From Promethearchaeota archaeon (GTDB lineage: Archaea; Asgardarchaeota; Lokiarchaeia; Sigyniarchaeales; SOKP01), in contig JAHPZA010000009.1 of NCBI GenBank assembly GCA_019058445.1, positions 224,001-288,000 of the forward strand: a DNA stretch of 64,000 nucleotides, read 5' to 3'. Below are positions 31,886 to 42,598 of this stretch, piece after piece. Made by a program: the position numbers and the translations under genes. Under the pieces are notes generated by a model. It saw nothing but the letters and a program-made list of their open reading frames with translations. It was not told the DNA's origin and did not search any database. Numbering within the stretch: position 1 is the first letter of the stretch; each line of letters starts with the position of its first letter.

Positions 31886-32026
31886 GTCAATAGATCGATA
31901 TATTTTAAGTTATTTAGAATTGTAATTGTTATAAAAATTCACATAAATATCAAATGAAATCCTAGCAAAATCTATATTATTATTAGGATAAACTTTAAAA
32001 ACTTTATAATTCAAAAGTGATATAAG

Positions 32027-32941
32027 ATGACTACAGACTCAGCAGAGGCACCATCGTCTGATATGCATAAGGAATTAGAAAAAAAAGAACCTAAGTTTCA
32101 ATACCATTTGTATTTCGTTTTTTTTGGCGCCATATATTTCGGCTCATTTCTACTTCCGGGATTAGTATATATGTTGTATTTTCTTTTAATATTCCAGCCA
32201 CTTGTTTTGGAAAATCCCGACTTTTTTTCTCTTTTCACCAATCCCATTTCATTATTAGCTTTTATGTTTTTTCCAATTGCCATGATTATTAGTTATGTTC
32301 TCCATTTGGTATTTATCGGAGTTTTTACAAGATTGTTTTGGAGATTCACCGAAAAAATGTGTCCGACTAAAGATGGAATAATCCTACGAACCGTACCAAG
32401 TGACACATTAAATTATTATCATTTACGTTCATTTATGATTAAATATGGAAAATATGCATTTACCAAAGGTATGTTTCCATGGTTAGCAAACTGGTTTTAT
32501 AATTTTGTGGGCTCAAATAAAATTGGTAAAGGAAGTACTATTGAAGAAGAAATTGTTGCCGATAAATATATTGATGTAGGAGACAATTGTTATATCGGAG
32601 TTAATTCAGCAATTTGCTCTCATGTAGTAGAAGGGATATTTGGTCGAATTCCCTATTTTGAAATTAAAATAGGTGATAATGTGACTTGTTCAGTATTTAA
32701 TATTGTAGGTCCAGGGGGAGATATAAAAGATAATTCATATTTTTTACCTCTGGCCAGCGTTGCAAAACATCAGACCACGAAAGGTAATAGTAATTATTAT
32801 TTTGGTTTACCTGCTCGGAAAATATTTCACAAAAAAATTGTGAATTACTTAAAGATCACTGATGAAGATATTGAAAGAGATAAGCAATTAACCAAAAACC
32901 AACAAGAAAGAAAGAAATTAAAAAAAAGTAGAGAGAAATAA
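32027..32941 (+). CDS. 2TM plus left-handed beta-helix acyltransferase-like protein (1 of 3)
   Basis: Two TM helices, then hexapeptide repeats (IDVGDNCYIGVNS, IKIGDNV), YFGLPA. Confidence 0.8.
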   Translation: MTTDSAEAPSSDMHKELEKKEPKFQYHLYFVFFGAIYFGSFLLPGLVYMLYFLLIFQPLVLENPDFFSLFTNPISLLAFMFFPIAMIISYVLHLVFIGVFTRLFWRFTEKMCPTKDGIILRTVPSDTLNYYHLRSFMIKYGKYAFTKGMFPWLANWFYNFVGSNKIGKGSTIEEEIVADKYIDVGDNCYIGVNSAICSHVVEGIFGRIPYFEIKIGDNVTCSVFNIVGPGGDIKDNSYFLPLASVAKHQTTKGNSNYYFGLPARKIFHKKIVNYLKITDEDIERDKQLTKNQQERKKLKKSREK

Positions 32942-32945
32942 TTTC

Positions 32946-33839
32946 ATGAGTGATGCTAAGAATACTGGTTTAGATGATGAGGATGATTTTACACTCGATT
33001 TCACGACGAGTAGTGCGATAAGTAGAGTGAATATTAAATTTTTAGCTATCTACATCCCGATTATCTGGTTGAGTGGAATTCTTACAGGAATCTTCTGGTA
33101 CGAGTGGAATAAGAACAAGCCCCCTATTACAGAAGAATGGGAACCTTGGGTTGGCACATTAATTTTTCTACCTTACGCAATAATAGCTATGTTTTTTATT
33201 TTCATTATATCATGTATGATCCTCAGTAAATTGTTTTTGATTTTAATTAATCTTATTCATAAACCGAGAGAAGGGGTTTTTAGAGCGGAAATAGGGGATG
33301 CTGATTTTGAGTTCTGGTGCTTGCGAACCGAACTTAAAAAGCTTGTTTTATGGCTTATGCGTAATTTTCCAATACCATGGTTAGATTCTTTGGCTTTTAA
33401 ATGGTTTGGCGTAAAAATGGATAGTTCAAGCCATATGCCAGATGCGTGGTGTGATATAGAGTTTGTCAGATTAGGACGTAGAGTTTTGGTCGGACAAGGT
33501 GCTGTAGTAATGAGTTCGATGGTAATTGGGAATTATTTAATTATTAAAGAAGTTATTCTTGACGATTATACTGTTATTGGTGGAATGTCATGCGTTTCAC
33601 CGGGAACAATAACTGGAAGAGATGTACTTTTGGGTGCAATTTCCGCAACAGTTTTAAATCAGCTTTTAGAAACTGGATGGATCTACTTCGGAATCCCCGC
33701 AATTAAACTTAAGCCTAATAAACTTGCCTTTGTATCTGAAATAACGAAAAGCTCTGTAGATGATGAACAAAAGGTTATCGTTGCGCAAGAGATTAATATC
33801 GAAGAGGATAAAAAGGAAAAACTAAAAGAGAGGTTATGA
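32946..33839 (+). CDS. 2TM plus LbH acyltransferase-like protein (2 of 3)
   Basis: KPREGVF, LGRRVLVGQGA, ILDDYTVIGG, YFGIPA. Confidence 0.8.
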   Translation: MSDAKNTGLDDEDDFTLDFTTSSAISRVNIKFLAIYIPIIWLSGILTGIFWYEWNKNKPPITEEWEPWVGTLIFLPYAIIAMFFIFIISCMILSKLFLILINLIHKPREGVFRAEIGDADFEFWCLRTELKKLVLWLMRNFPIPWLDSLAFKWFGVKMDSSSHMPDAWCDIEFVRLGRRVLVGQGAVVMSSMVIGNYLIIKEVILDDYTVIGGMSCVSPGTITGRDVLLGAISATVLNQLLETGWIYFGIPAIKLKPNKLAFVSEITKSSVDDEQKVIVAQEINIEEDKKEKLKERL

Positions 33840-33840
33840 A

Positions 33841-34758
33841 ATGTCAGTTCCTACATCAATGAGGGTTGGGCCGTTTACTCCAACTGTTTTAGTAAAGAAA
33901 AGATATTTAATCTTTTACATCTTTTTGATTTGGATTAGCATTATCCCAGTTTTACTTGAGTTTTGGTTTTATTGGCAATGGTTATACGACCCAATTCGAC
34001 CCGTTCACTTTTACATTTTTCTTCCGCTTTTATTTTTTGTAATGTATCTGACAATGGTATTCACGTCGCTGCTATTTGCGAAGATTTTTTTAGGTATTGC
34101 AAACACGATTCATAAACCTAAAGAAGGTATATTCCTTAGAGATGCTTCGGATAAAGATTATAGATATTGGAGCCTTAGAAATACCATTAAGAGATGGCCA
34201 GTCTGGCTTGCTCATAAATTTCCTTTTCCTTTTTTAGATAATGTATGCTTTAAAGCATTTGGTGTAAAGACTACGTTTACTAATTCGCTTTTTGAAGGTT
34301 GGGTGGATTGTGAATTTATTGAATTTGGGAAAAATGTGGTTGTAGGGCAAGGAAGCATTATTCAAAGTGCTATGATCGTTGGAAATCTCATCATAATCCG
34401 AAAAACTATAATCGATGATGATGTAAGAATTGGTGCCCATGCAGTAGTTATGCCTGGTACTCATATTGGTAAACGAAGTGTATTGGCTGCCAATTCTGTT
34501 ACGATTGTTGGGCAAGAGCTCGAGGATGAATATATCTATATAGGCATTCCATGTAAAAAATATAAGAAAAATAGATTTTTTGAGGATGGCTTAGAAGAAG
34601 TATTTGGTCATGCAGAGGATGTAGAGGGATTAAGGCAAAAATACGAAGAAATGTATATTAAGCGCCATGATCAGCATCAAAGTATTAAAGAAAGAATAGA
34701 GCATAGGAAAGAGATAAAAGAAAAAGAAAAAAGGCTGAAAGAACAACAAGAACCCTAA
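33841..34758 (+). CDS. 2TM plus LbH acyltransferase-like protein (3 of 3)
   Basis: KPKEGIF, FGKNVVVGQGS, IDDDVRIGAHAVVMPG, YIGIPC. Confidence 0.8.
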   Translation: MSVPTSMRVGPFTPTVLVKKRYLIFYIFLIWISIIPVLLEFWFYWQWLYDPIRPVHFYIFLPLLFFVMYLTMVFTSLLFAKIFLGIANTIHKPKEGIFLRDASDKDYRYWSLRNTIKRWPVWLAHKFPFPFLDNVCFKAFGVKTTFTNSLFEGWVDCEFIEFGKNVVVGQGSIIQSAMIVGNLIIIRKTIIDDDVRIGAHAVVMPGTHIGKRSVLAANSVTIVGQELEDEYIYIGIPCKKYKKNRFFEDGLEEVFGHAEDVEGLRQKYEEMYIKRHDQHQSIKERIEHRKEIKEKEKRLKEQQEP

Positions 34759-34867
34759 TACATTCATTTATAATAATAACAGTATCTTTTCATTTTAGAA
34801 TTTTTTTCTCATTTTAAATACTTGTTTTGTAAATTTATTTTAAAGATAAAAATTAATTTGAATTCCC

Positions 34868-35734
34868 ATGGACATTACTTTCTTGAATAAATTTGAAGCG
34901 AGAAAAATACTTACTGAGAAAGATCAATTCATTTTATCCTTAAGTCCTTTTGATCGTGCTTCGAGACTAAAAACTGAATCGCAAGTCTCGCAAAATACGT
35001 TTTTAAATTTTATTTCTAAACAAACCTTAGATTGGGGTTCATTTGAGTGCACCTCGATTGAATCGATATTGGACTCAATTATATCTAAACTTGATAAGTA
35101 TTCTTTAAAATTTCCAAGGAAAATTTCTATTATAAAGACTACGGGTAAAGAAGAAGGGAACGCAGCCTATTGCCGTGGGAATGCGATAATACTACCTCAA
35201 TCATTTGTAAATACTCCATATACCTTGAAGAATCTATTAACCCATGAACTATTTCATATTTATTCAAAAAACAATCCTACTAAGAGAAGTGAATTATACA
35301 AACAAATCGGATTTTTCGAATGTTCAGAATTAGAATTTCCGGAGGAATTAAGTGCGTTAAAAATTACCAACCCCGATGCCCCCATAATTAGCTGTTATTT
35401 CGAGGATAAGGACCAAAAATTAATGCCCATGTTGTTTTCTAACGAGCCATATAATATGAAAAAAAGGGGGGAATTTTTCGATTATCTTGAATTTAGATTA
35501 CTGGGAGTAGAGCTCAATAAAGAATGTTTTAGTCCGCTATATAAAAATGGCAGGCTACAGTTATTTCGTTCAGATGATATTCAATCATACGTCCAAAAAA
35601 TAGGTTTAAATACTGACTATATAATCCACCCCGAAGAGATTTTAGCTGAGAACTTCGTTTTATTAGTGAATAATTCAAGATATATTAGGAGTCCTGAAAT
35701 CTTAGAAAGAATTAACAAGGTTTTAAGTCAATAA
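34868..35734 (+). CDS. Putative zincin-like metalloprotein (HEXXH)
   Basis: THELFH and downstream HPEEILAENF. Confidence 0.65.
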   Translation: MDITFLNKFEARKILTEKDQFILSLSPFDRASRLKTESQVSQNTFLNFISKQTLDWGSFECTSIESILDSIISKLDKYSLKFPRKISIIKTTGKEEGNAAYCRGNAIILPQSFVNTPYTLKNLLTHELFHIYSKNNPTKRSELYKQIGFFECSELEFPEELSALKITNPDAPIISCYFEDKDQKLMPMLFSNEPYNMKKRGEFFDYLEFRLLGVELNKECFSPLYKNGRLQLFRSDDIQSYVQKIGLNTDYIIHPEEILAENFVLLVNNSRYIRSPEILERINKVLSQ

Positions 35735-35740
35735 AGATGG

Positions 35741-36949
35741 TTAAATTAGAAGTGATTTGAGCTCTAAGGTTTTGATTGATTCCGGAAGCTGTTCAATTGG
35801 ATTATTCTTTACATTCAAATAATATAATGACTTTAACTTGCTTAATTTTTCAGGAATTTTTTGAATATAATTGTTTTCTAAGTCTAATACTTCGAGTAAA
35901 TTCAGTGATCCTATTGAGTCTGGAATACGCTTTATCTTATTATTACTTAGCCATAAGACTTTAAGTGAGGAATTTGAACCGATCGACTCTGGAATGAGTT
36001 CGATTTGATTATCTCTTAAATCTAAGTACTCTAAGCTTTTTAAATTGCCTATAGAATCAGGGATTATCTTTATTTGGTTATCTCGCAAGTTTAGATAATG
36101 TAATGCTTCTAGGTTATCAATCCAATGAGGTATCGATTTAATCTCATTATGGTCTAAATCCAACCGAAAATTTTTCACTGATTTAACTTTAGCTAAAAAA
36201 CCGGGGATAGATTGAAATCTATTCCAACCCAAATCTAAAAATTTAAGGCGAGAGAGTTCATCTATGGATGTAGGTAAAATCTTTAATTCGTTGCAACTCA
36301 AGTTGAGATATTTTAGTTTTTCTAAGTTCTTTATAGATTCTGGAAGACTTTCTGGTTTCCAATTTGATAAGCTTATCGCTTTCACGCGTCTATTTTTGAT
36401 TATCACTAAAATGTTATTTCCGTAAATTACCTTACGTTCAGAATGGGAATCAGCATCCATAAATGAATCGGGATTTAATCCAATATCCAATAAAAATCCG
36501 ACTTCTTTTGGGATAACACCAAAATTTACAGAGATTGCTTCTAACCTTTTTGAGTATTCTATTTTTAAAATATTGCGATAATGGTTCTCTAAATTTTTAA
36601 TTAAATTATTAATTGTAATTAATACATGGGAAGAGTTATCATTTTGAATAATCCATTTTAGAGGATCCACTATTTCTTCTGGAAAAAGTGAGACAATTAC
36701 TTTAGCAGCAACAGCTCTAACAATTTGGCTTTCATCAGATATTAGAAGATTCTCTAAAAAATCAAATACTTTTTTATTTTTTAGTGATAAGTTTTCAAAC
36801 ACATTCACATATTTAGCGCGAGTTTGTTCGGAATTAGATCCTTCAATTAAAGAAATTAAAACATTAGCCGCCTCGGATTTACTCATATTATTATTTCTAA
36901 TAAGCTTTTGCAATTCTTTTAGAGTATATGTGTTGCTTATAAAGGCCAC
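35741..36949 (-). CDS. HEAT-repeat plus leucine-rich-repeat protein
   Basis: LISDESQIVRAVAA; repeated IPxSIGxLxxLxxLxLxxNxI. Confidence 0.9.
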   Translation of the reverse strand: MAFISNTYTLKELQKLIRNNNMSKSEAANVLISLIEGSNSEQTRAKYVNVFENLSLKNKKVFDFLENLLISDESQIVRAVAAKVIVSLFPEEIVDPLKWIIQNDNSSHVLITINNLIKNLENHYRNILKIEYSKRLEAISVNFGVIPKEVGFLLDIGLNPDSFMDADSHSERKVIYGNNILVIIKNRRVKAISLSNWKPESLPESIKNLEKLKYLNLSCNELKILPTSIDELSRLKFLDLGWNRFQSIPGFLAKVKSVKNFRLDLDHNEIKSIPHWIDNLEALHYLNLRDNQIKIIPDSIGNLKSLEYLDLRDNQIELIPESIGSNSSLKVLWLSNNKIKRIPDSIGSLNLLEVLDLENNYIQKIPEKLSKLKSLYYLNVKNNPIEQLPESIKTLELKSLLI

Positions 36950-36986
36950 CTTTAACTAATTTGTATCTCTTCTTTTTTTATTTACT

Positions 36987-37811
36987 TTAAAAATAGTTTT
37001 CAATCTTTTTTCTGATTTCTTCTAATTCCTCATCTTCTATGAATTGGTGATCCACGCCTTTAATTATATCTATTTCAGGGATTAAGTTAGATGGTTGCAT
37101 TATAGTAGTAACTTCAGAAATGGGAGTTATTTTGTCTTTTTCTCCAATAATTATTTTGAGTTTTTTATTTTTCAAGCGTCTAATTATTGTATTGATCTTA
37201 AAATCTTTTTTAGATAACTCTTTTTTAGTTTTTCTTATAAAACTTTCCACATTATCTATACCCCGGATGTTACCCTGAAGAAACTGGTTTATATAATTCA
37301 AGACTTTTTTAAACTCTTCATTATAAACATGCTGTTCTACGTTTAGGATAGGGCTAATTAATAACAATTTATTTATTAATTTAGTTTTTGAACATAAAAT
37401 TAAAGCAATATATGCTCCAAAGTCATGAGCTAAGATATTAACATTTTTCAAATCAAAAATTCCTCTATGAGCCAGTTTTTCTGCGAATTCAATGATCTTT
37501 ATTGCGTCAGTATATTGTCCCTTAATTGATACTACCCCATCGCTATACCTATAACCTCTAAAATTAAAAATCATAAATGCAAATCCTCCATCCAAGATAT
37601 ACTCATAGTTTCTTACAATTTCTTGCAAAGGAAAGAGCTGAGGAAAACCGTGAAAATAAATGACTAATGGATATGGTTTTTGAAAAGAATTTGGGGGAAA
37701 ATATAACAATCCTTTAAGAAATTCTCCCTTATTATCAATCTCAATCTCAATCTCGATAACTTCGTAAGGACCATCAAACTGTTTCTCTTTGAATTCCAAT
37801 AGAACAACCAC
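36987..37811 (-). CDS. Alpha/beta hydrolase fold protein
   Basis: YFHGFP, FNFRG, AHDFGA elbow, GEKD, GVDHQF. Confidence 0.8.
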   Translation of the reverse strand: MVVLLEFKEKQFDGPYEVIEIEIEIDNKGEFLKGLLYFPPNSFQKPYPLVIYFHGFPQLFPLQEIVRNYEYILDGGFAFMIFNFRGYRYSDGVVSIKGQYTDAIKIIEFAEKLAHRGIFDLKNVNILAHDFGAYIALILCSKTKLINKLLLISPILNVEQHVYNEEFKKVLNYINQFLQGNIRGIDNVESFIRKTKKELSKKDFKINTIIRRLKNKKLKIIIGEKDKITPISEVTTIMQPSNLIPEIDIIKGVDHQFIEDEELEEIRKKIENYF

Positions 37812-37864
37812 TAATATATCATAACCAATAATTTTAACTTATTTAACATATTTCATAAGGTATA

Positions 37865-38716
37865 ATGAAATTAGAAGATTGGCATACTCATAGTGAACTA
37901 TGTCGACACGCAGTAGGAACAATTGAGGATTATATCAAAAAAGCTGTGGATTTTAATTTAACCACTATTGGAGTATCCGATCATTTTCCCTATGATTTTC
38001 TTTCTAATATTGAAAGAATACCTTATAAGGAATATGCTATAACTTTAGGAGAAATCGAGCATTACTTATCTCTTGCAGAAAATTTGAGGGATAAGTATGA
38101 GTCTAAAATAAATGTGAGGATAGGGTTTGAAATCGACTTCTTTGAAAATCAAGAACCTGCGCTCAATTCACAACTAGAAAAGATTATCGATAGGTTGGAT
38201 TATATCTATGGATCAATACATATATTAAATTTTAACGATGGAAAGGGTGCTTGGGGATTTGATGATAGTAGATTTAGAGAGGATTACCAATCTTATGGTC
38301 CCGATAGGGTTTATATGGAATATTATAAAACACAGGAGAAAATGCTTACATCTAACCATTTTCAATTGGATATACTCAGCCATTTTGATTTGCCCAAAAA
38401 ATTTAATGATTTTCCACAAAACAAAGAGCCGATTGAAAATGAAATTCTTAAAATTCTTGATCTCGTGAGAAAAAAGGATTTGGCAATTGAAATTAATACA
38501 GCAGGTTTAAGAAAAGAAGTAAAGGAGCAATATCCCAGTAAAGAAATTATTTTAAGAATGTATGAATATGATATTCCGATCGTGTTAGGGTCAGATGCTC
38601 ATAATCCTGATGAAGTTGCTTGGGAATTTAAAAAAACAGGTAGAATGCTTAAACAGATTGGATATAATCAATTAGCACATTTTCATCAAAGAAAAAGAAC
38701 TTCGATTGAATTATAA
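37865..38716 (+). CDS. Histidinol-phosphatase, PHP (HisJ/HisK) family
   Basis: DWHTHS.LCRHA, SDHFP, SHFDL, EINTAG, GSDAH. Confidence 0.88.
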   Translation: MKLEDWHTHSELCRHAVGTIEDYIKKAVDFNLTTIGVSDHFPYDFLSNIERIPYKEYAITLGEIEHYLSLAENLRDKYESKINVRIGFEIDFFENQEPALNSQLEKIIDRLDYIYGSIHILNFNDGKGAWGFDDSRFREDYQSYGPDRVYMEYYKTQEKMLTSNHFQLDILSHFDLPKKFNDFPQNKEPIENEILKILDLVRKKDLAIEINTAGLRKEVKEQYPSKEIILRMYEYDIPIVLGSDAHNPDEVAWEFKKTGRMLKQIGYNQLAHFHQRKRTSIEL

Positions 38717-38739
38717 TAAAATTCAGAGGATAATTTTTT

Positions 38740-39456
38740 ATGTCTGAGAAAAAAAAAGATAAATGTGAAATATGTGGAAAAGATTTAGTATATGCAAAAG
38801 TACCAAAAGAATATAGAAATATTAAGTGTGAGTTTTGCGGCAAATTATTCAATGCGAACACATTTTGTGAAGATGGACACTATATTTGTGATTCCTGCCA
38901 TTCAAAAGGTCCGATAGAGGTGATAGAAGACATTTGCGAATCAACTGATATTAAAGATCCATTTTTATTGGCAGACATGATTATGCAACATCCAAAATTT
39001 AAAATGTATGGTCCAGAACATCATGTGTTAACTCCAGCAGTAATTTTAACGAGTTTAAAGAATAATAACATAAAAAAATCCGATGGTACAGAGATTGCAC
39101 AATTTGATATAAAGGAAGCTATCAGAAGAGCTTCTAAAATTCCAGGGGGTTGGTGCGGTTTTTATGGATCCTGTGGATCAGGAATGGGGTCTGGGATCGC
39201 AATCAGTATTTTTACGGGAGCAACACCCGCAACCGATAAAGAGAGAACGCTCGCAAATAAGATGACATCCCGGGCGTTAGCTAAAATTGCAGACAATTTG
39301 GAGCATTGTTGTAAAAGATCTGTTCGATTAAGTATTTGCGAAGCATTAGATTTTTTAGCTGAACATTTTCACATTAAATTAGATTACCATCCGAGCAAAT
39401 GTGAATTTTCCACCTTAAATAATAAATGTGAAAAACAGAATTGCCCCATTTTCTGA
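38740..39456 (+). CDS. DUF5714-like Cys-rich protein
   Basis: CEICG, GHYICDSCH, GPEHH, PGGWCGFYGSCG, CCKR. Confidence 0.75.
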   Translation: MSEKKKDKCEICGKDLVYAKVPKEYRNIKCEFCGKLFNANTFCEDGHYICDSCHSKGPIEVIEDICESTDIKDPFLLADMIMQHPKFKMYGPEHHVLTPAVILTSLKNNNIKKSDGTEIAQFDIKEAIRRASKIPGGWCGFYGSCGSGMGSGIAISIFTGATPATDKERTLANKMTSRALAKIADNLEHCCKRSVRLSICEALDFLAEHFHIKLDYHPSKCEFSTLNNKCEKQNCPIF

Positions 39457-39475
39457 ATTATATGGGAACAATAAA

Positions 39476-40297
39476 TTATATCTTTCTTCCTCTAAGCCAT
39501 GAATCCATCACTAAAGGATTAAGAAGGCGGATATGCGCAGGATCTTTTGTTCTAAAGACAAGATGATTATTTTCATTTTTTCCTATAATAGCCATTAAGA
39601 GTTCTTCACCATCTCTATTTAAAAGATATCGATCAGCTCCATCAAAATGTCGTAAAGATATATTATCAAGAGATTCATACTCATCCAATAATTCCACATG
39701 CTCCTCGATTCCGGGATTGATCTCACATGAAATTTTGATGCTTACCGATGATCTCACTTCATAAAGATATAACTCTTGTAGGTCATCAATCTTAGGAACC
39801 GCAATAGTAACACTACTTATGGATTCTTGTATGATTTTACGCATTTCTTCTAGAATTTCTGATTTTGTAATCTCTTGGTTTGAAAAATCTATAATTTTGG
39901 ATTCTAAGGATGCAATTCCACTTTTTCGTAGTTTTTCATTTTCATTTTCTAATTTTTCTAAGTCCTCATCTGCTTTTGCTAACTCGTCATTTAAAAGTTC
40001 AATTTCTTTTCTGAGTTCTTCGATTTCTTTATCCTTTTCTGTAATAATATTTTCATCTACGGATGTAGATGCCATGGATCTAATTTGATCTTCTTTTAAA
40101 TTAATTGTTTTTTCTAAAGTTGCAATTTTAGCGTCTTTAGTACTTAAAGAAGTCTCTAAAATGTTGATCTGTTCATCTTTTAATTGTAAAGAATCTTTGA
40201 TTGTGTCTAATTGATTATCCTTGAGTTTAATTGAATCTTGAAGTGTCTTTATTAAATTTTCTTTAGTCTCAAGTTGTTTCTTATATTGTTCTTCCAT
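39476..40297 (-). CDS. Coiled-coil protein with C-terminal TrmB/PLD-like domain
   Basis: 14-aa periodic LKDxQ(L/I)xxL repeats; C-terminal alpha/beta domain with NRDGEELL. Confidence 0.6.
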   Translation of the reverse strand: MEEQYKKQLETKENLIKTLQDSIKLKDNQLDTIKDSLQLKDEQINILETSLSTKDAKIATLEKTINLKEDQIRSMASTSVDENIITEKDKEIEELRKEIELLNDELAKADEDLEKLENENEKLRKSGIASLESKIIDFSNQEITKSEILEEMRKIIQESISSVTIAVPKIDDLQELYLYEVRSSVSIKISCEINPGIEEHVELLDEYESLDNISLRHFDGADRYLLNRDGEELLMAIIGKNENNHLVFRTKDPAHIRLLNPLVMDSWLRGRKI

Positions 40298-40473
40298 AAT
40301 TGGGATTCAAATTTTTTTTCTTAAATATTTAAAACAAATTAGTACTTATAAACTAATTGGATACAAATAAGTTTATTCTAGTAATAGCCATTTCAATTAA
40401 TCTTATAATTTAACCTATAATTTTTTTTTCACTTTAGCATATCTTTAAATTTTAAACTTTTAATATAATTAAT

Positions 40474-41217
40474 ATGGTAGATACACCCGAGGAAAGTCTG
40501 AAGCAATTGCAAGCAGATATATATGACTTAATTGAAAAAGGAATAAGTGAAGATTCCGCCATATTAGGGATAAATATTGGAACTCATGGAGGGACATTTC
40601 TAGGAAACTATTTTAATGAAGAGACGAAATTATCAAAACTTGAAATTGCTGCTGCAACCTCAAGTTTATTATTTTTATCCTCAAAGACATTAATGGGCTC
40701 ATTAATGCAAGAAATTTCATATAACATCATAACCGGGAAGGAAAAAATGATTCTCGCCATTTTAACAGAAAATATTACTATGATTTCATACCTAAATCGT
40801 GAACTGGCAGAATTGGAAGGAGTAAGTCACTATATATATAAAATGAAGCAATTAGCTTTACAGGTATCGGCTTTTGTAGAAACATCAGAGTTTATTAGAG
40901 AAGAAATCTTTGTAGCGGTAAAAAGAACCATACCATCCGCGATTATGTTAGGAATAATTTCGAGGGAGGGAATACCTATTAAAATTCAATCTACTATGCC
41001 GGAACCGGTGATTTCGGCAATGATATCTGCTCTTTATAACTTATCTGACGTGCTTTTGGAAGATCAGATTGTGGAATACTCTATAATTGCTGGCGAAAAT
41101 GGCTCGATTATTCTTCATGAATTAGATGAGCATAGGATTTTATTTGTCGCTGTGCCTGAAGCAGATGAGAGTAAGTTAGGTTCATATATAGCAAAAATAA
41201 AAACTATCATTAAATAA
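40474..41217 (+). CDS. Tandem roadblock/LC7 domain protein
   Basis: IAAATSSLLFLS and GIISREGIPI...ISAMISALY...IAGENG. Confidence 0.8.
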   Translation: MVDTPEESLKQLQADIYDLIEKGISEDSAILGINIGTHGGTFLGNYFNEETKLSKLEIAAATSSLLFLSSKTLMGSLMQEISYNIITGKEKMILAILTENITMISYLNRELAELEGVSHYIYKMKQLALQVSAFVETSEFIREEIFVAVKRTIPSAIMLGIISREGIPIKIQSTMPEPVISAMISALYNLSDVLLEDQIVEYSIIAGENGSIILHELDEHRILFVAVPEADESKLGSYIAKIKTIIK

Positions 41218-41221
41218 AGAA

Positions 41222-42478
41222 CTAGTTATTTGGTTTACAAATTCTATTTATTTCATCGATGATTTTTAAAGCTCCAAAGTAGGATTCCGAAAAATTTTTA
41301 CCCTTATATAGCACAGTACAGATTGGATCGCCTTTTAAAATTTTTACATCTTGCTCACTTTTATCATGAACATTTTCAAGGCTATTAATTTTCATTAGCT
41401 GGTTTTTCTCAAGATCATTAGGAGCAAACATGATTAATTTTGTAGCAAATGTTTTGGATTTGGCAACATTTATTGTTTTTTTCACGTACTTCCATTTCGA
41501 TTTATTAAAACTTTTCACATGTAAATCTAATAGGTTAAGATTTAAGGATGATTCTGAAACCCTGATTGACCCTGGAATTCTAGGATTGATTTCCATTAAA
41601 TACGGATAGTGATCTTTTAGCACAAAATCAAAACCATTTATTCCTCTTAAATTTAGTTCATTAGCTAAAGTCTTAGATATTTCTGAAATTAATATATTAT
41701 CTTTGTTAAACAAATTAGCAGGCACGATATTACCGCAATACATGAATTCTTTTGGCGAGTTGACGAATTTTTCACCTATAATTTGTCGATTAATTGAAAT
41801 AATCACGCATTCTTTTCCATTAGAAATAGTTGTACAACTTACTGGGATACCTTCTAAATACTCTTGCACTAACCATTCCGATTCAATAAAACTTTTAGTT
41901 TCCTGTAATTTTAGAAATAGCGATAACGCACTTTGATTCTCAATTTTATAGACATTTATCCCTCCAGCTCCAGACTTTTTCTTCATCACAAAAGGGAATC
42001 GAGCTTTAACATCTATTGCTTTGAAATCTTCATAAGAAATGGTTAAAGGAACCTTATAACCTTTAGATATTAAAAAATCGTATGAGTATTTGATATCTCG
42101 TGCCTTTTTAATAACTTCTATAGAGTTATTCAAATTATTTATTTTGTATTGATAATTGTTTATTGCTTCCAAAATTTTCTCCCTTTCCTCATAAGCATCA
42201 TCCATACCACTTCCTATTATTAAATTTTCTATCTCTGAATGCTTTTTTAGCATATCAATGGTAAACTTAGCTAAAAAAACGTTATATTTATCTCTTATCA
42301 AATTATAGTTCGAATGTAATTCTCTCATTATAATTAGGCTGTCATTCACATTCGGAAATAAATCTATATCTCCAAAGAAGTCTACTGCGTAAACCTCATA
42401 TCCCGCCTTTTTTAGGGAATAAGCTATAGGACGAGTATTAAATCCTACAACTAATACCGATTTTGATTTTTTATCCAT
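41222..42478 (-). CDS. ATP-grasp protein (COG2232-like)
   Basis: VDFFGDID, KKKSGAGG, QEYLEG, GINGFDF, EINPR. Confidence 0.88.
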   Translation of the reverse strand: MDKKSKSVLVVGFNTRPIAYSLKKAGYEVYAVDFFGDIDLFPNVNDSLIIMRELHSNYNLIRDKYNVFLAKFTIDMLKKHSEIENLIIGSGMDDAYEEREKILEAINNYQYKINNLNNSIEVIKKARDIKYSYDFLISKGYKVPLTISYEDFKAIDVKARFPFVMKKKSGAGGINVYKIENQSALSLFLKLQETKSFIESEWLVQEYLEGIPVSCTTISNGKECVIISINRQIIGEKFVNSPKEFMYCGNIVPANLFNKDNILISEISKTLANELNLRGINGFDFVLKDHYPYLMEINPRIPGSIRVSESSLNLNLLDLHVKSFNKSKWKYVKKTINVAKSKTFATKLIMFAPNDLEKNQLMKINSLENVHDKSEQDVKILKGDPICTVLYKGKNFSESYFGALKIIDEINRICKPNN

Positions 42479-42598
42479 TATTTAAATATTAGATGGAGAA
42501 TTTAAAGAAATATTTATTATCCTAATTTTATTAAATTCGCCTTAATTCTAGGATTAAAGGATAAAAAAAATATGATTCATTTTGTAAATTGACTCATT

